The notes under the pieces were generated by a model, which was given only the letters and a program-made list of their open reading frames with translations, ran no database searches and was not told the origin of the DNA. Of a DNA stretch of 64,000 bases, positions 13,298 through 25,684 are shown in pieces; position 1 is the first letter of the stretch; each line of letters opens with the position of its first letter. This DNA is from Diplonema japonicum (taxonomy: Eukaryota; Protista; Euglenozoa: Diplonemea): assembly GCA_964019335.1 (NCBI GenBank), contig OZ025705.1:62001-126000 (forward strand), in the 5' to 3' direction. A program made the position numbers and the translations under genes.

Positions 13298-13702
13298 TTT
13301 TTTTTTTTTTTTTTTTCCTGAAAAAAAATTTTTGAAATAAATATATATGCTGGGGGAACGGGAGAAAAAAAAAAGGGGGAGGAAAGAAGAAAAAAAAAAA
13401 AGAAAAAAAAAAAACGCGAAGTAGCACGTCCGATTGAAACAGGCGGGGGGGAAGGGGTGTCGGGGGTAATTAAGGTGTTTTTTTTTTTTTTCCCTCTTTT
13501 TTTCTTTTTTTTTTCCCTCTTTTTTCTCTCTCTTTTTTGTGTGGCACCTCAAAGGAAGGCCCAATAAAAGGAACCCCTCAAAAAAAATACGGAAAATGGC
13601 CACTCTTTAAAAAAAAAAGAGCTAAAAAAAAAAAAAAAAAAAAAAAACTCATAGTAAAAGACAATCCCACTTAGGGAGGACAGCCTCTTGTGGTGTGAGT
13701 TC

Positions 13703-14114
13703 CTATCTCTTAATGCTCCCCTTCTGAAGCATAGCCTTCGTTCCTATTGTCGCCTTTAAAGCTTCTCGTAGTTTCGACACGCGTTCTTTCTTGTATGTCC
13801 CTTTCAACTCCTGTAGCTTTTGCGCTGTCTGTCTTGATGCGAAGATCGGTCTCCTATTGCAGCCTTGCCTCCGCTGTGAGCGACTTGACCCTCTTTGCCC
13901 CGTCCGCAGGGCTTTCCGTCTTGTTCTGCACACTGCGTTGGCTCTCTCCACCAACAGCTTGATTCTGCGTGCCTTCCTCTGCCTGTTGTAGACTCCCAGT
14001 GACATACCGGTTGTCTCCTCAAAGTCGAGTGCAAGTTCAGCTGCCGAAACCTCCGAGTCGGTGTCGTTATCCACCAGTAGCGGTACCGGGGTCACTTTGC
14101 CTGTCTTAGCTTCT
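13703..14114 (-). other. Orphan basic ORF fragment (terminal exon or 3' end of a retroelement ORF)
   Basis: Frame open from a polyT-CCTAG junction (14115) to TAG, with no ATG at its start. Downstream AATCCCACTT..GAGGAC motif is shared with repeats at 32908 and 37707. Confidence 0.4.
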
Positions 14115-14744
14115 CTAGGTGTAAAAAAAAAAAAGAAAAAAAAAAAAAAAAAAAAAAAGCCCTCTAAAGCAAGACCTTGAATTTTTTTTAACCATTCAAA
14201 TAAACCGTCAACGGGCTCTTGTTGTGTTTTTTTTTTTTCTTTTTTTTTTTTTTTTCGAGTGTTTTTTTCTTCTTTTTTGATCCAAATATCCTAAAAACTA
14301 ATTCTTTCTTTTTTTTTTTTTTTTGGAGAGGGTGGTTTTTACAAAATTGAGTTAAAGCCCAATTTTTTGACGATTTGAATGAGGGGGGGGGGGGGGGGGG
14401 GGGGGGAGGGGGTAAAAATAAAGAAAAAAATATCACTTTTAGCTGGACGGTGAGTGCGATGTGCCAATATTCTTTCTTTTCCCCCCTTTTTTTTGTGGCG
14501 TACAAGGCACTGCGTGGTGCAACAAGAAATGAGGGGATCACAAAAAAGAAAAAAAAAGTGAAATCGACTTTTTTTTCGAGAAAAAAAAATAAAGGGAGGA
14601 AGAAAAAAAAAAAAAAAGAGAGAGGAAAACGGGAAGAGAAAAAAAAATAATAAAGGGAACGGAAGGGAAGCCCTTCTTATAAAAAAGGGAAAGGAGAGCG
14701 CTATAGGTGCTAGCATCACACAGACTGACGCAATCAGAATTGTT

Positions 14745-14820
14745 GCACATCGAGTAAAAAAAAAAAAAGAGAGATGAGATAAAGGAGGTTCCCGTTTTGG
14801 AGCTTCCACCTTGTCTCTAC
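14745..14820. repeat. Mini-hairpin repeat family B (also 51476-51569 and 62067-62131)
   Basis: GCAC..T-A(n)-GATGAGATAAAGGAG...CCTTGTCTCTAC, self-complementary, three copies. Confidence 0.75.
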
Positions 14821-16527
14821 TTATCTACCCCGGCCTCGGCCTTTCTCTCTCGCGGCTGTGTTGCCTTCCTCAAAGTATCTTCCCTTTCTTACCCTTCTTG
14901 AAAAAAAAGAAGAAGAAAAAAAACCCCCAATAAAAGCCACCTTATGATGCTCTGCTTCTAACCTGTTAATTGTACCCAGCTGACGTGACGGGTGTTTTTT
15001 TTTTTCCCCCCCTTCTTTTTTCGATAATCTTCATCCTCTCTCAGCTTGGTCTCCGTTTTTTTAAAAAAAAAAAAAGTTGATTTCAGAACCCTCTGTAACC
15101 TTCTTTTGGGGAAAAAAAAAAATTCTCTTTTGATCCAAGGGTTTTCTCCGTTGCCGGAACAAGCAGATGAAAGATAGTAGCAGAGAGGGGAAAAAAAAAA
15201 AAATGGGCAAAAAACCGTTCTGCGGTGGAAAAAAAATAATAAAAGGGGCAAAAAAAAAAAAGGGGGGTGTAGATCGTGAGTAGATACAAATTTCAAAAAA
15301 AAAAAAATCCCGCACAAAAATTCTTTTTTTTTTTTTTTTTTTTTTTTTTTTGCACTCACGATAAAAATCAAAAAAAAAAAGGGAAATTAAAGAAAAGTCG
15401 GCATTTGTTATTTTGTAAAAGCCGTGTGAGTGCCCGTTTTGTATATTGAACGAGCCCGATGCCGCCGTTGCAGGTTTGTTCGTTTTAAACTGGTTGAACT
15501 TGCCGAAGGTTGACCAACAGGTTTCCACCACTCTTTATTAGATAGTTAAAGGGGAAAAAAAGAAAAAAACTAAACAGAATTTAGATTAGAGGATACATGG
15601 GAAAAGGGGCAATGCAGAGCATAGGAGAAGAAAAAAAAAAAACTGTTTGAGAAAGACCTCCTCATTTTCTTTCTTTGCCTACATCCCCCCTCCCCCCCAT
15701 CCCCACCTTATTTTTTAAAAAATATTACTTTTTCCCTGTTTTCACCTTCCATCGCACGCCTTGACCTCCTTGTGACCTTAGAAGTTTCAAGAGTGGCAAG
15801 AAAGAAAAAAAAGAAGACAAAAAAAAAGGGGGGGGACGAAACGGGGCATTTTTTTTTGTTGCACCGTTGATGTTTTTCATTACATACAGTATTAAAAAAA
15901 TTTGAAGTTGTGGGGGAATAAATAAAAAAAAAAAATTTACAATGACAACGAAGTGGTTAGCAACGGCCTACCTTACGATGCTCCCCTTTTGGGGTCGTTC
16001 CCTGCTACCCACCGTAGAATAGAAAAATTAAAATTCTTTATGACTATGTGTCTTTGTTATAAAATCACTTTTTGAAAGATAGATATTTGTAACAAAAAAA
16101 AAAAAAGAAAAAAAAAGAATTCACTATGATAGGAACGAAGTGGTTAGCAACGGCCCGCGCAAAGAAAAGAAAACTGAAGATGTCTCTGAGTTGGACTTCG
16201 ATGCGGAAAGTCCGGTAGTAATGCCGATATTTTTTTCAGAAATTTAGAAATCTTGCCAAGAGTTATTTTATTTTTATGGATTTCAATTTTTTTTTCTTTT
16301 TTTTTCTTTTTTTTAAATCTGTACTGTATTTCCCCGCCCTTTTTTTTGTGCACCTTCTTTTCCTTCTCTTTTTCTTTTCTTTTTTTTTTTTTTTGAGCTT
16401 GTTTGCAATAAACGTAAACAAAAAAAAATTCCTTTTTTCTTCAACTATGATGGGGGGAGGTCATGCAGCTGCGACAGTCCCCACCAGGACAAAAAAAAGA
16501 AAGTCCCACCAGGACAAAAAAGAAGAA

Positions 16528-16625
16528 CTGGCCGTTGTTTGTACGTGCTGGGTAAAACCTGGAGAAGTTTGTCAAACCCGAAACACGTTGCCAACGTTCC
16601 CCTTTTGTTTAGACAAGCCAAAGAC
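16528..16625. repeat. About 97-bp direct repeat, copy 1
   Basis: CTGGCCGTTGTTTGTACGTGCTGGG...TTTAGACAAG, near-identical to 20360-20456. Confidence 0.9.
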
Positions 16626-16905
16626 CCACCAAAAAAAAAAGAAGAAAACCCCCCCACAGATTCTTTTGACTCCCCCCAAAAAATAACTCCCTCACTTTTT
16701 CTCATTTTGAGATTAAGTTGGGGGGGGGTTTAAAAAAAAGCCCCCCCTTTTTTTACTCTTCTTCACCCTCAGTAAGTACAGGAGAAATCACAGAAATCAT
16801 AGAGTAAAAAAAAGAGAAAAAAAACATTGCAAACTCTTTTTTTTTCTTTCCCCCCCGGCGGTGCTGCGGGAGGTTGGATCGAAAAGCCTGAGAAAAAAAA
16901 TAAGG

Positions 16906-16943
<38 letters not shown>

Positions 16944-17789
16944 CACATTTCGAACAAAAACAAAAAAGCATAAAAAAAAGGGGGGAGAAGTGCAGGTTGG
17001 GTGCTTTTTTTTTTTTTTTTTTTTTTTTTTGAAAGATAAAAAAAAGCATTCTGTCAACCTGCTCTCCGTACAAATAGAGCAAAGAGCAAATAGAAGGGGA
17101 GTAGGGAGTGAAGGTTTAATTTTCTTTTCTTTTTTTTTTTCCTTTTTTTGCTGGCCGCCTCCTGAAAAAGAAGGGAGGGGCAACTCAACATGCACAGAAA
17201 CCAGCAGTAGTTTTCCCCCCCCCAAAAAAAAAACAGTGTACCACCGGCAACGAGAAGAGGGAAAAATACAGTCTGTGCTTCTAGGTACACCACAGTTCAG
17301 CGCGCAAGGTGTCACCAGTGTTAAAATTCCTACCACAACTAGCTGTGTTCCTTGCTATCAGGTAGGGGGGGAAGGGGGGGATTCTAGGATAAAAATTTCG
17401 CCCCATCAATAATGGAGGCAAAGCCACAAAAAACAAAAACCATAAACTATAGGTGGCACATGAGAGAGCGGCCAGAATAGGCCAAGGGAAAGTGGGAAAA
17501 AAAAAAAAAAAGAAAAAAAAGGGAGAAAAAGAATGAAAATTACTTCGTACAGATTTATGCATCTGTTGAAAGACATGTTTTTTTTTTTTTTTTTTTTTTT
17601 TTTCTTTTTTTTTTTCCCCTGCTCATTCTTTTTGGGTGCCCCTTTTACTGAAAAAATTAGGGGAGAATTTGAAAATTTTTAAAGTAGCAAATGAAAAAAC
17701 TATTTATTAAGGGAAAAAAAAATCAGTTTACCCTGATTTTCACGCGTGGGGGTCTCTCTCTCTCTTTTTTTTTTTTTTTTTTTTTTAAA

Positions 17790-17874
17790 CCCTTAAACGC
17801 CCAACTGCTTCTGTAGAAGCAGTTAATAGGTGTAATTGTTCTGTGGTCATCTGGACCAAAGCCTCGGATCGGTT

Positions 17875-17914
<40 letters not shown>

Positions 17915-19531
17915 CAGTACTTTTTTGAGCTCTTCGACACCGAAGTGGTTGATTATTTGATCGAGCAAATCAAGGAGCACCACATGAAGATCAATGATTC
18001 AGAATTGGTGGACTCTGTTAAGGGGAACTTGGCGGATTACTGGCCGCAGCACCTTGTGAATTGATGCCGATTTTTCAATGTCAAGAAATGTCAAAAAACC
18101 GTTTCAAAAAGATCCTGCAGTACCTGCACCTTGCCGATCCTGATGCTGAGGACACCGACAAACTGCGTCTGGTCCGTCCATTCATCAATCTCGTAACGAG
18201 GAAATGGGCGACGGCCCTAACACCTGAAAAAAACCTGTCAGTAGACGAAAGTATTGTGCGTTTCAAAGGACAAAAGAAATCAGTGGGGTCTGAAGAAATT
18301 CACTGTCAACGAAAGCAGCTCCGGGTACTGCCTCGACATGATGGTGTACGAAAGGCAGGGTTCGACACCCACGGGGGAAACACCGAAGGCTGTTGTACGA
18401 AGGCTCCTCTCCGCATACGAGAACAAAGGTTACCACTTGTATATTGACAATTGGTATAGCAGTCCTCAGCTCTTCCGCGACCTGAAGGGCGTGGGAATAC
18501 ACTGCTGTGGAACGATCCGAAAGAATCGGCGGGGTCTGCCCAACGTAGGTGCCATGGTAGCAGGTAACATTAAGTATCTGAACAACGCTGGCTTGGTCTA
18601 CCTTGCTTGGATGGTCTACCTTCTGTCTACTCTACCTGTAAATGAAACAACTGTCCCAACAAGGCGCTTCGACAAATCCCTCAGGCAGATGGTCACCCGA
18701 TCGCCCGTACCTCGCTGGTCTCTATAATAAGAACATGGGGGTATAGCTATGAGCGTTTCAGTCGAGACGGTGGTACACGAAACTGTTTCAACACATGCTT
18801 GGTGTTACGGTTATCAACGCGTGCATCCTAAGGAACAAAGAACACCCGATACTTGAGGCGCGAAACAAGTGTCTTCGCCTGTACCGTCGAAACCTGTCTG
18901 ACCAACTAATTTACGGTACGCCAGCGGAAAGCGACCCACAGTCAGACACCGATACAGAAGCAACCCGGGACAGCAGGATCAACGACAATCTGCGCCTAAA
19001 CGGGCTATTCCATTCGTTCGTGGAGAGTTCGATCCGGTTAGACTGCAAGGCCCACATCAACCGCAAGCAGGTTACTACGATGTGTAAGACCTGCAATGTT
19101 CACATGTGCATCGGCTGCTTCAACCGATTCCACACTAGGAAGGACCAGTCGGCAGACCTCAAGAAAGGACGGAAGCGTTCCTTGAGTAATAGACTTAAGG
19201 ATTGACTTAAAGCGTTACTTGAGCAATAGACCTAAAACTTAATTCAGTGGCATGTCACAGTGTTTATCCCAATTTTCCTCTTTCCCCCCCCCCCTTTTTA
19301 AGCATGAATTCCAGGAATAGCAAACGAACTCATGGTATCCGATCAATGTACCTCCATGGGCCGAAAAACACTAAATATTTAGTGGAATGGACGCAGATCT
19401 TCCAAATCTTTCAAATGCGTACCTCGAACCAAAAAAATATCCTCAAGACTCAGCATGTTTGACCCACTGCCAACCAAGACCCAAAATCGGAAAATTTGAA
19501 AAATCAATTACCCCCCCTGGGCGTCTAAGGG
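17790..19531 (+). mobile_element. piggyBac DNA transposon, decayed
   Basis: 14-bp TIRs CCCTTAAACGCCCA / TGGGCGTCTAAGGG (1 mismatch), flanked by TTAA(A) and TTAA. Confidence 0.93.
17912..19205 (+). pseudogene. piggyBac transposase pseudogene (frameshifts, deletions)
   Basis: MSKNRFKKILQYLH, SVDESIVRFKG, YIDNWYSS, CGTIRKNRRG, YNKNMG and Cys-rich tail CKAH..CKTCNVHMCIGCF..FH, spread over four ORF pieces. Confidence 0.9.
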
Positions 19532-19741
19532 TTAAACTCGTTCTTTTTTTTGCTTCCCCTTACGCGCAGCAATTTCTTCCAACGGATAGGCTAAATTCTC
19601 AAACAAAGAAAGAAAGAAAGAAAAAAAATCAAGTACTTTATTTCACGACCCAGACCCGAGCGTGAAAATAGCCGAAATTTCAAGAGAAAGCAGCTTAGAA
19701 GTAAAAAAAAAAAAAATAGAGAAAAGAAGTTTACACATTAC

Positions 19742-20098
19742 ATAAGAGACTAAGGAGGCCAGTGCTGATGGCGCCCTACGCAAGGTACAGTCTTCTTCAT
19801 TGCATTGTACAAGGGGCACTAGGCCCCAGGTAGCCAGGATTCTACATGCTTCCTCGGGCTACCGGTGACGACCGGCGAGGTGGTCAACAGACTTATTCCA
19901 CCAAAAAAAAAAAAAAAAAAAAAAAATCTATCAAAAAGAAATAAAAAGCAAGGGGGTGGAAAGAGGGGAAATTGGTGCCCTTAGCAACCTCGCGGGTAAC
20001 CAAGATTCGGCCCTCACAGCATCTGCAATGCGTTCTCCACTCGGGCGAGGATGTCAACAGCGAACAACACATCTGATGTACTTCTTATATTTCCATGT
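19742..20098. mobile_element. Family A degraded fragments
   Basis: ATAAGAGACTAAGGAGGCC..., GGGTAACCAAGATTC, CAACAGCGAACAACACATCTGATGTACTTCTTATATTTCCATGT. Confidence 0.65.
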
Positions 20099-20359
20099 AC
20101 ATTCAAAACCCCTGCAAGAGAAGAGGGAAAAAAGGGGGTGGTGTTTCAAAAGGGTGGATTCTAAAAAGCTCTCGTCCACACATTTCCACAAACCTAAAAA
20201 TTTCAGAATCGTCAAGAAAGGACGAAACCATAGCTGATTAAGGAAACCAGAGCTTGTGGAGACATTTCCTGACTCAAAGTACATCCACCAAAGGCGAGAG
20301 TACGAGAATTTTATTATGCATTTTTTTTTCCCCCCCCCTAATAATATCTTTCAAAGAGG

Positions 20360-20456
20360 CTGGCCGTTGTTTGTACGTGCTGGGTAAAACCTGGAGAAGT
20401 TTGTCAACCCGAAACACGTTGCCAACGTTCCCCTTTTGTTTAGACAAGTCAAAGAC
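20360..20456. repeat. About 97-bp direct repeat, copy 2
   Basis: Near-identical to 16528-16625. Confidence 0.9.
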
Positions 20457-22044
20457 TCGTTCTTGCAGAAAGAAAAAAAAAAACGCATTGTCTCACTTTT
20501 AACGGGGAGGGGGAGGGGTTTGATACCCCCCTCCCTGAGGAAAGAGTACGGAACAGAAAAATAAATTTTGAGGGGGGGTTTTTTTCTTCTTTTTTTTTTG
20601 GAGAAGGAAAGAAAAAAAGGGGGGGGAAGGGGGGAAATTTTCTAATTAAAATAAAGGCAAAGTGTGTCCCTTTTTTTCCCCCCCCCTTCCCGTTTCGCCC
20701 TTTACTCTCATTATCCTCCACTTGGGTCGTCGATCGAGTTTCAGCCTTACTCACCTTTTACACTGAAAACATTTGGGCCTTCATATTAATTCCAACAAGA
20801 GGGGAAAGAAAAAAAAAAATATGGACTTATTGGGGTGGGGCTTTGTAGCCTACCCTCAAAGAGAAGAGAGGTAGCAGAGGTTTTTTTTTTTTTTTTTCCT
20901 GTTCTTTTTCTGAAATTACTTTGGGGGGGGGGGGGGGGGGGGCGCTCCACTACCCTCATGTTAAATCTCGCAACAAACCGAGATTCTTCGTGACAGAATA
21001 GGGGATTCCCTTGCCTAGGATAAGTTCCCAGTTTGGTCAACTTATCCTCCCTGTCGGGAGCCCCTTTCGGGAAGTACTTTCAGAAAGAAAAATAAAAACT
21101 ACTTACCAACCGCCAAGGAGTGGCTTTCGTGGTTATTGGTTAAAAGTCATTACTTGTTGGCAGTGAATAGCTATTAATTTCTGATGAAATTATTTTTCTG
21201 TTTTTTTTTTTTGTTTTTTTGTTTTTTTATCTCTCGTTTTTCTTTTCCCTCAACCCCCCACTCTGGCTTTTTTCTTCTTTTTTTTGATTTCTTTTTTTTT
21301 TTTTTTTTTTTTTCCATTCTTTCAACCGCACTGAAGGGCTTCAGTTGCCATCCCCATCACCAAAAATTCTAATTGGAAAAAAAAAAATAAAAGAAAAAGG
21401 TCAGGGGGACTGCTCTGGGCGGCTCTTCAAAAAAGCAACTAAAGGATCGGGGGGGGTGGGGGGATTTCTTTTTGAAAAAGAGAAATAGGTAGATACTTGA
21501 TGATCACTCTGTAAACAGTTTGATCCTGAAAGCTTTTTTTTTTTTGAGCTTTTAATTAATTTCGCTACGAAAAATTGTAGAGGGATGAATGGGAAGGACA
21601 TAACAGTAACAAAAGGGGGGAGGGGGGGGGGAGGAATTCATAACTTTAAAATGTGTGGTTTTTTTTTTTTCTTTCTTTCTTTTTTTTTTTCGTAGATAAA
21701 TAATAGGAAAATCGCACATTTCTTTTTTTTTTTTTTCTTCTTCTTCTTCATTTTTACTTAAAACCCCTTCCATTAAAATGTGAATCCGATGAGGAAAAAA
21801 AAAAAAGAAAAAAAAAAAAAACATCCCCTGCTCCCGACTCTGAGGCATAGAACCATATCTCCTACTTCGTGCAAGCGCCCCTTGTTTTCCCCAACACCAT
21901 ATAATCTTGAAGGTAACGGATAAAGAAGGAAAAGACTAAGCAATGGTTTATTTTCTTTTTTTTGGGGGGGGGTTGAAATCTTCGTTACGTCGTGAATGGG
22001 GATTTTTTTTTCCCCCTTTTTAATAATAAAATGTAAAATTATGG

Positions 22045-22245
22045 CCTCATGTCTCTAAAACCCGTTTAGCTCCCCCCCCCCCCCCCTGTGTTCGAGGAGG
22101 GGACAAAGAATATTGCTATTTCTTTAAACAAAACCTGATACCATGGAATCCTGACAATACCACTCCGGAGTTAGGGTGACACAAAAACCCGAAAATCTTT
22201 TTTGCAAAACTCCCTCTGACAACGACAGGTTTTAGAGACACGGGG
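22045..22245. mobile_element. Putative MITE (related copy about 25193-25385)
   Basis: Perfect 13-bp IR TGTCTCTAAAACC 22050-22062 / 22228-22240; a similar left end CCTCA..TCTCTAAA.CC.GTTTAGC occurs at 25193. Confidence 0.55.
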
Positions 22246-22455
22246 GTAAAAAAAAAAAAAATCTTTTTTTTTTCTTCCTTTTCTTTGACGACTCTTTCAA
22301 GCCATGCTCGAAGTCTTTTTTTTTCTTTTTCTTTTTTTTTTCTAAATATATTTTCTCATTCTTTTCCTCCAGGGAAAAGAAAACCAAGGAAAAAAAAAAG
22401 GAAAATTCATTCACTTTTTTTTTTTCCCACCCCCTTCCATCTTCATCTTTTTTCT

Positions 22456-23188
22456 TCAGTAAAAAGACATCAAAAGCTCATCAGAATACCAGGTTATGGC
22501 TGGATCGCTCGGCTCAAGGGTAGGCACCCTTGGGGTGCTCTGTGCAGAATTGTCTACAGACGAGCCCGAACCAAAGGACACCTCCTCGGACTCCTCGTGA
22601 TCTGGAGTGCTGGCCACAGTATTCAAAAACGGCACGGTGGGCAGTGAAGGGATTTTCAGCGGGGTCATGGGTGGCGTGGGTAACAGTACTTTTCTGGTAA
22701 CAACTGATTTCTTGTTGGTGTTGGTCCAAATATAATCACTTTTCTGGTACCCACTGTCTGGGTAGAACATCTGATGCTCATCACACTGTGGGGAGTGGAC
22801 GTAGTAGTCCTTGTAGCGCATGGCGTCTACAGTGTTCACTCTGCTCCGTGCGTCCTCCTCGGTAGCGAACTGGATGTACACATGCACCATCATGTCCCAT
22901 GGTTCCACGCCTTCCTTTGGTTTGAACGTTTTCGGGTTCACTGCAATGAGCTCGATTAAGTCCATGTCGCCCCTTAACGGTGACTCCGCCACGATTTGCA
23001 GGCCTTCCTCGAGGGTTAGTGTCGCCTTCCCCTTAATCGTGAGGATCAGGACCCGAGAGTTCCGGATTTCCTGCTTGAAAACCTTGGGTTTGGCACGGAT
23101 CTCGCTCTGCTTGCCTGGGGTCAGACAAGGGTCTTGGAAGAATAGCAGATCTTTGCCCCTGTAGTTGTGTTGAAGGGGGAAAAAAAAA

Positions 23189-23222
<34 letters not shown>

Positions 23223-23373
23223 CATACACGAATCTCTCCACTGGAATGGCACCAGGTACCCTCGCCTTGAAGTCCTTCAGAGACTCGTGGTTTTGCAGCG
23301 TCATGAGGTACACGTTCTCTAGAGGGACGCCGAACACCTTGTGCTTTGAGCCTCTTGTGTGCTGACCGGTCAT
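22456..23373 (-). CDS. RRM-like domain protein, paralogue 2; intron 23159-23227
   Basis: 69-nt GTATGG...CTACAG intron at the same codon position as in paralogue 1 (spliced ERFVGKDL); shares a 311-bp block with it. Confidence 0.8.
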
Positions 23374-24196
23374 GATGTCTTTTTTTTTTTTAAATAACCT
23401 TTACAAAAACTTCTTTTTTTTTTCGGTTTTCAAAAAAAAAAAAAAAAATTAAAGAGGTAAAAGGAAATCCCTGATCTGGGACGTCCTGTCTTGTTCTTCT
23501 ACCTGCCCCTATCTTCAGCGGCTTCGGTCTTTCCTTTTTGGGCTGAGCCCGCTCCCTAAAAAAAAAAAAAGTAAAATTCGTAAGAAAGGTACAAAAAAAA
23601 AAAAAAAAGAAAAGAAAAAGAAAAAATGTCACCGCTTGAGCATTGGCAAACTAACATGGGATGGCGGTCTTGAGAAGCTCACGTCTCGTGTGAAACCCAA
23701 CTCCAAATCGATGGGGTTGGCTTCTTGGTGGTGGGGGAGGTCCCATCTTGGGCTAAGCAAGGGTATCGGTAGATAAGGGAACTCCCCCGTGTCAGAATTG
23801 CTTCTGCTCCTCAGGGAACTGGTTCTTCTGCTTTTTCTGGAACGCGAAGAGCTATTTGTGAGTCTCTCTGTGAATCCTTGGTAACAGAACCGGGCCCTGC
23901 CTTCAATTGTTCCCACTGTGATTTTTTTTCCTTTTTCCAGCATGTTATTTTTTTTTTTTTGGTTTGTTGAATCCTTCCCCCCCTACCCACCACCCCCCTT
24001 GTTGCTGACTTCGTTAAGAACATTTGGAAAAAAAAAAAAAAAAAAGAGTTCTGTTGAGAAAAATAAATAAAAATAAATGTTCCTTTTTGTATTTTCTTTT
24101 TTTTTTTTTCCCTCCATTGTTTTCTTTTTCTTTTTTTTTTCCCCCTTCTTTTTCTCGCTAGTATAGTACAACTACTGACTTTGGTGGGGCTGACGA

Positions 24197-24235
<39 letters not shown>

Positions 24236-24422
24236 TCACGTGGGTCCACCCCAAGCCGCGAAGAAGCCAAACAAGATCACCAGAGGCTTTCATGATTGGT
24301 TATAGGTTACCGTGGATCTCCAGTTTGAAGGGAAAAAAGAAGTTTCTGAGGTCCCTTTTAAAAAAAAAATGGAGTGTCAAAATAGGGGGCACAGAATCCA
24401 CTTCCCCCATCTGCTTTTCTTT

Positions 24423-24788
24423 TTAGTTTGAAAGGTAGTCTTTGTTCAGCGCTTTTGTGAAGATGCCTTCTTGGAACTCGTCCACCCCTTTGTTTTTTTT
24501 TTTTTTTTTTTTTTTTCTCCCTTCCATACCAGGTTTTATAACCCATAAACTAGAATTAGGGTTTAAATTCACCATGCACGCCCAATAAATTATGGCCACC
24601 ACACAAGAGGCCATAAAGCAATATAACGAATACCTGCAGTATTTTGCTATGACTTCATTCTGCTTTTGAATATCCCAGAAGAAGAAGTAGTTCGACATCC
24701 AGAGCCACGGCAGAAAGAAAAATCCTGCGTAAAACTGCCTCCTGGCCAGAGTTTCGGCTGTATCCTTTTTCAATGGACCCGAGAACAT
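24423..24788 (-). CDS. PEN2: Gamma-secretase subunit PEN-2 (presenilin enhancer 2); probable intron 24488-24529
   Basis: ARRQFYAGFFFLPWLWMSNYFFFW...IAKYCRYS matches the PEN-2 pattern; a 42-nt GTATGG-A(n)-CAAAG intron explains the poly-Lys insert. Confidence 0.8.
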   Translation of the reverse strand: MFSGPLKKDTAETLARRQFYAGFFFLPWLWMSNYFFFWDIQKQNEVIAKYCRYSLYCFMASCVVAIIYWACMVNLNPNSSLWVIKPGMEGRKKKKKKKNKGVDEFQEGIFTKALNKDYLSN

Positions 24789-25067
24789 TGTGTTATGTTG
24801 GTCCCCCCTCTTTTTTTTTTTTTTTCTTCTTCCCCGTGAAAGACTTTTATAAAAAAAAAAGAATCGTAATTTTTTTTTTCTTTTCCATTCATTTTAAAAT
24901 CCTTCTTCGTTTTAATGATTGGGGGGGAGGGGTTAAAAAAAATTCTTTTTTTTTCTGCTAATGATGGAAAGGGTGAGAAAACAAGTGTTTTTTTTTTTTT
25001 TTTTTAAAAAGCATCATGTCGCACCAAAAAAAAGGGGGAAATCAACGAGGGGGGATAAAAAGTTTAC

Positions 25068-25111
<44 letters not shown>

Positions 25112-25499
25112 GTGCGCAAAATAAGTGTATTTTCTTGTTTTCATCGTAGGGTTATATGTAACAAAAAAAAAGGACAAAAAAAAAAGGTTCCGCCTCAGAT
25201 CTCTAAATCCTGTTTAGCACCCCCCCCCCCCCCCCCCCCCCCTGGTGTTTACAACTAACACGTTTCGCTCCTCTCAACAACCTCTTCCAATGGGCTTTTT
25301 TTTTTTTTTTTCTCAAGGGAAGAAATGCCATAGAAATTCAAAAAACCCACTCGGTGCTAGCCGAGACTAGACGGGTTAGAGATAAGCTTTTAAAAATACT
25401 GCAAAATTACAGTAACTACTTAAAGACTGGCGTTCACACACGCAAATGCACACACTCACTACTTTCTTTTTTTTTCCTTATTTTTTCTCCCTCCTTTAA

Positions 25500-25684
25500 C
25501 CCTTAAAAGATGGGGTAAAATGTTGTTTGGCTGATAATTTTACAACCTCTTAAGCCGGAGCTTGCTGAACGGATCTATGATTCGCTCCAAAGCCGCCCAA
25601 GTGCTTTCCGATGGTTCATGCTCGAGGAAGTTTTGCGTCTTCTTTTTTTCTTCTTCTTTTTAAATTCTCCCATCTTTTTAAGGG
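25500..25684. mobile_element. piggyBac-type MITE (185 bp)
   Basis: TTAA-CCCTTAAAAGATGGG ... CCCATCTTTTTAAGGG-TTAA. Confidence 0.85.

Noticed and set aside
13298-13603. N-terminal ORF extensions (also 48651-48806 and 49134-49289)
   Set aside because: Low-complexity UTR read-through; real starts follow the A-runs.
15947-16155. AACGAAGTGGTTAGCAACGGCC twice, as a CRISPR-like or tRNA-like feature
   Set aside because: Only two copies about 190 bp apart; no cloverleaf, no cas genes.
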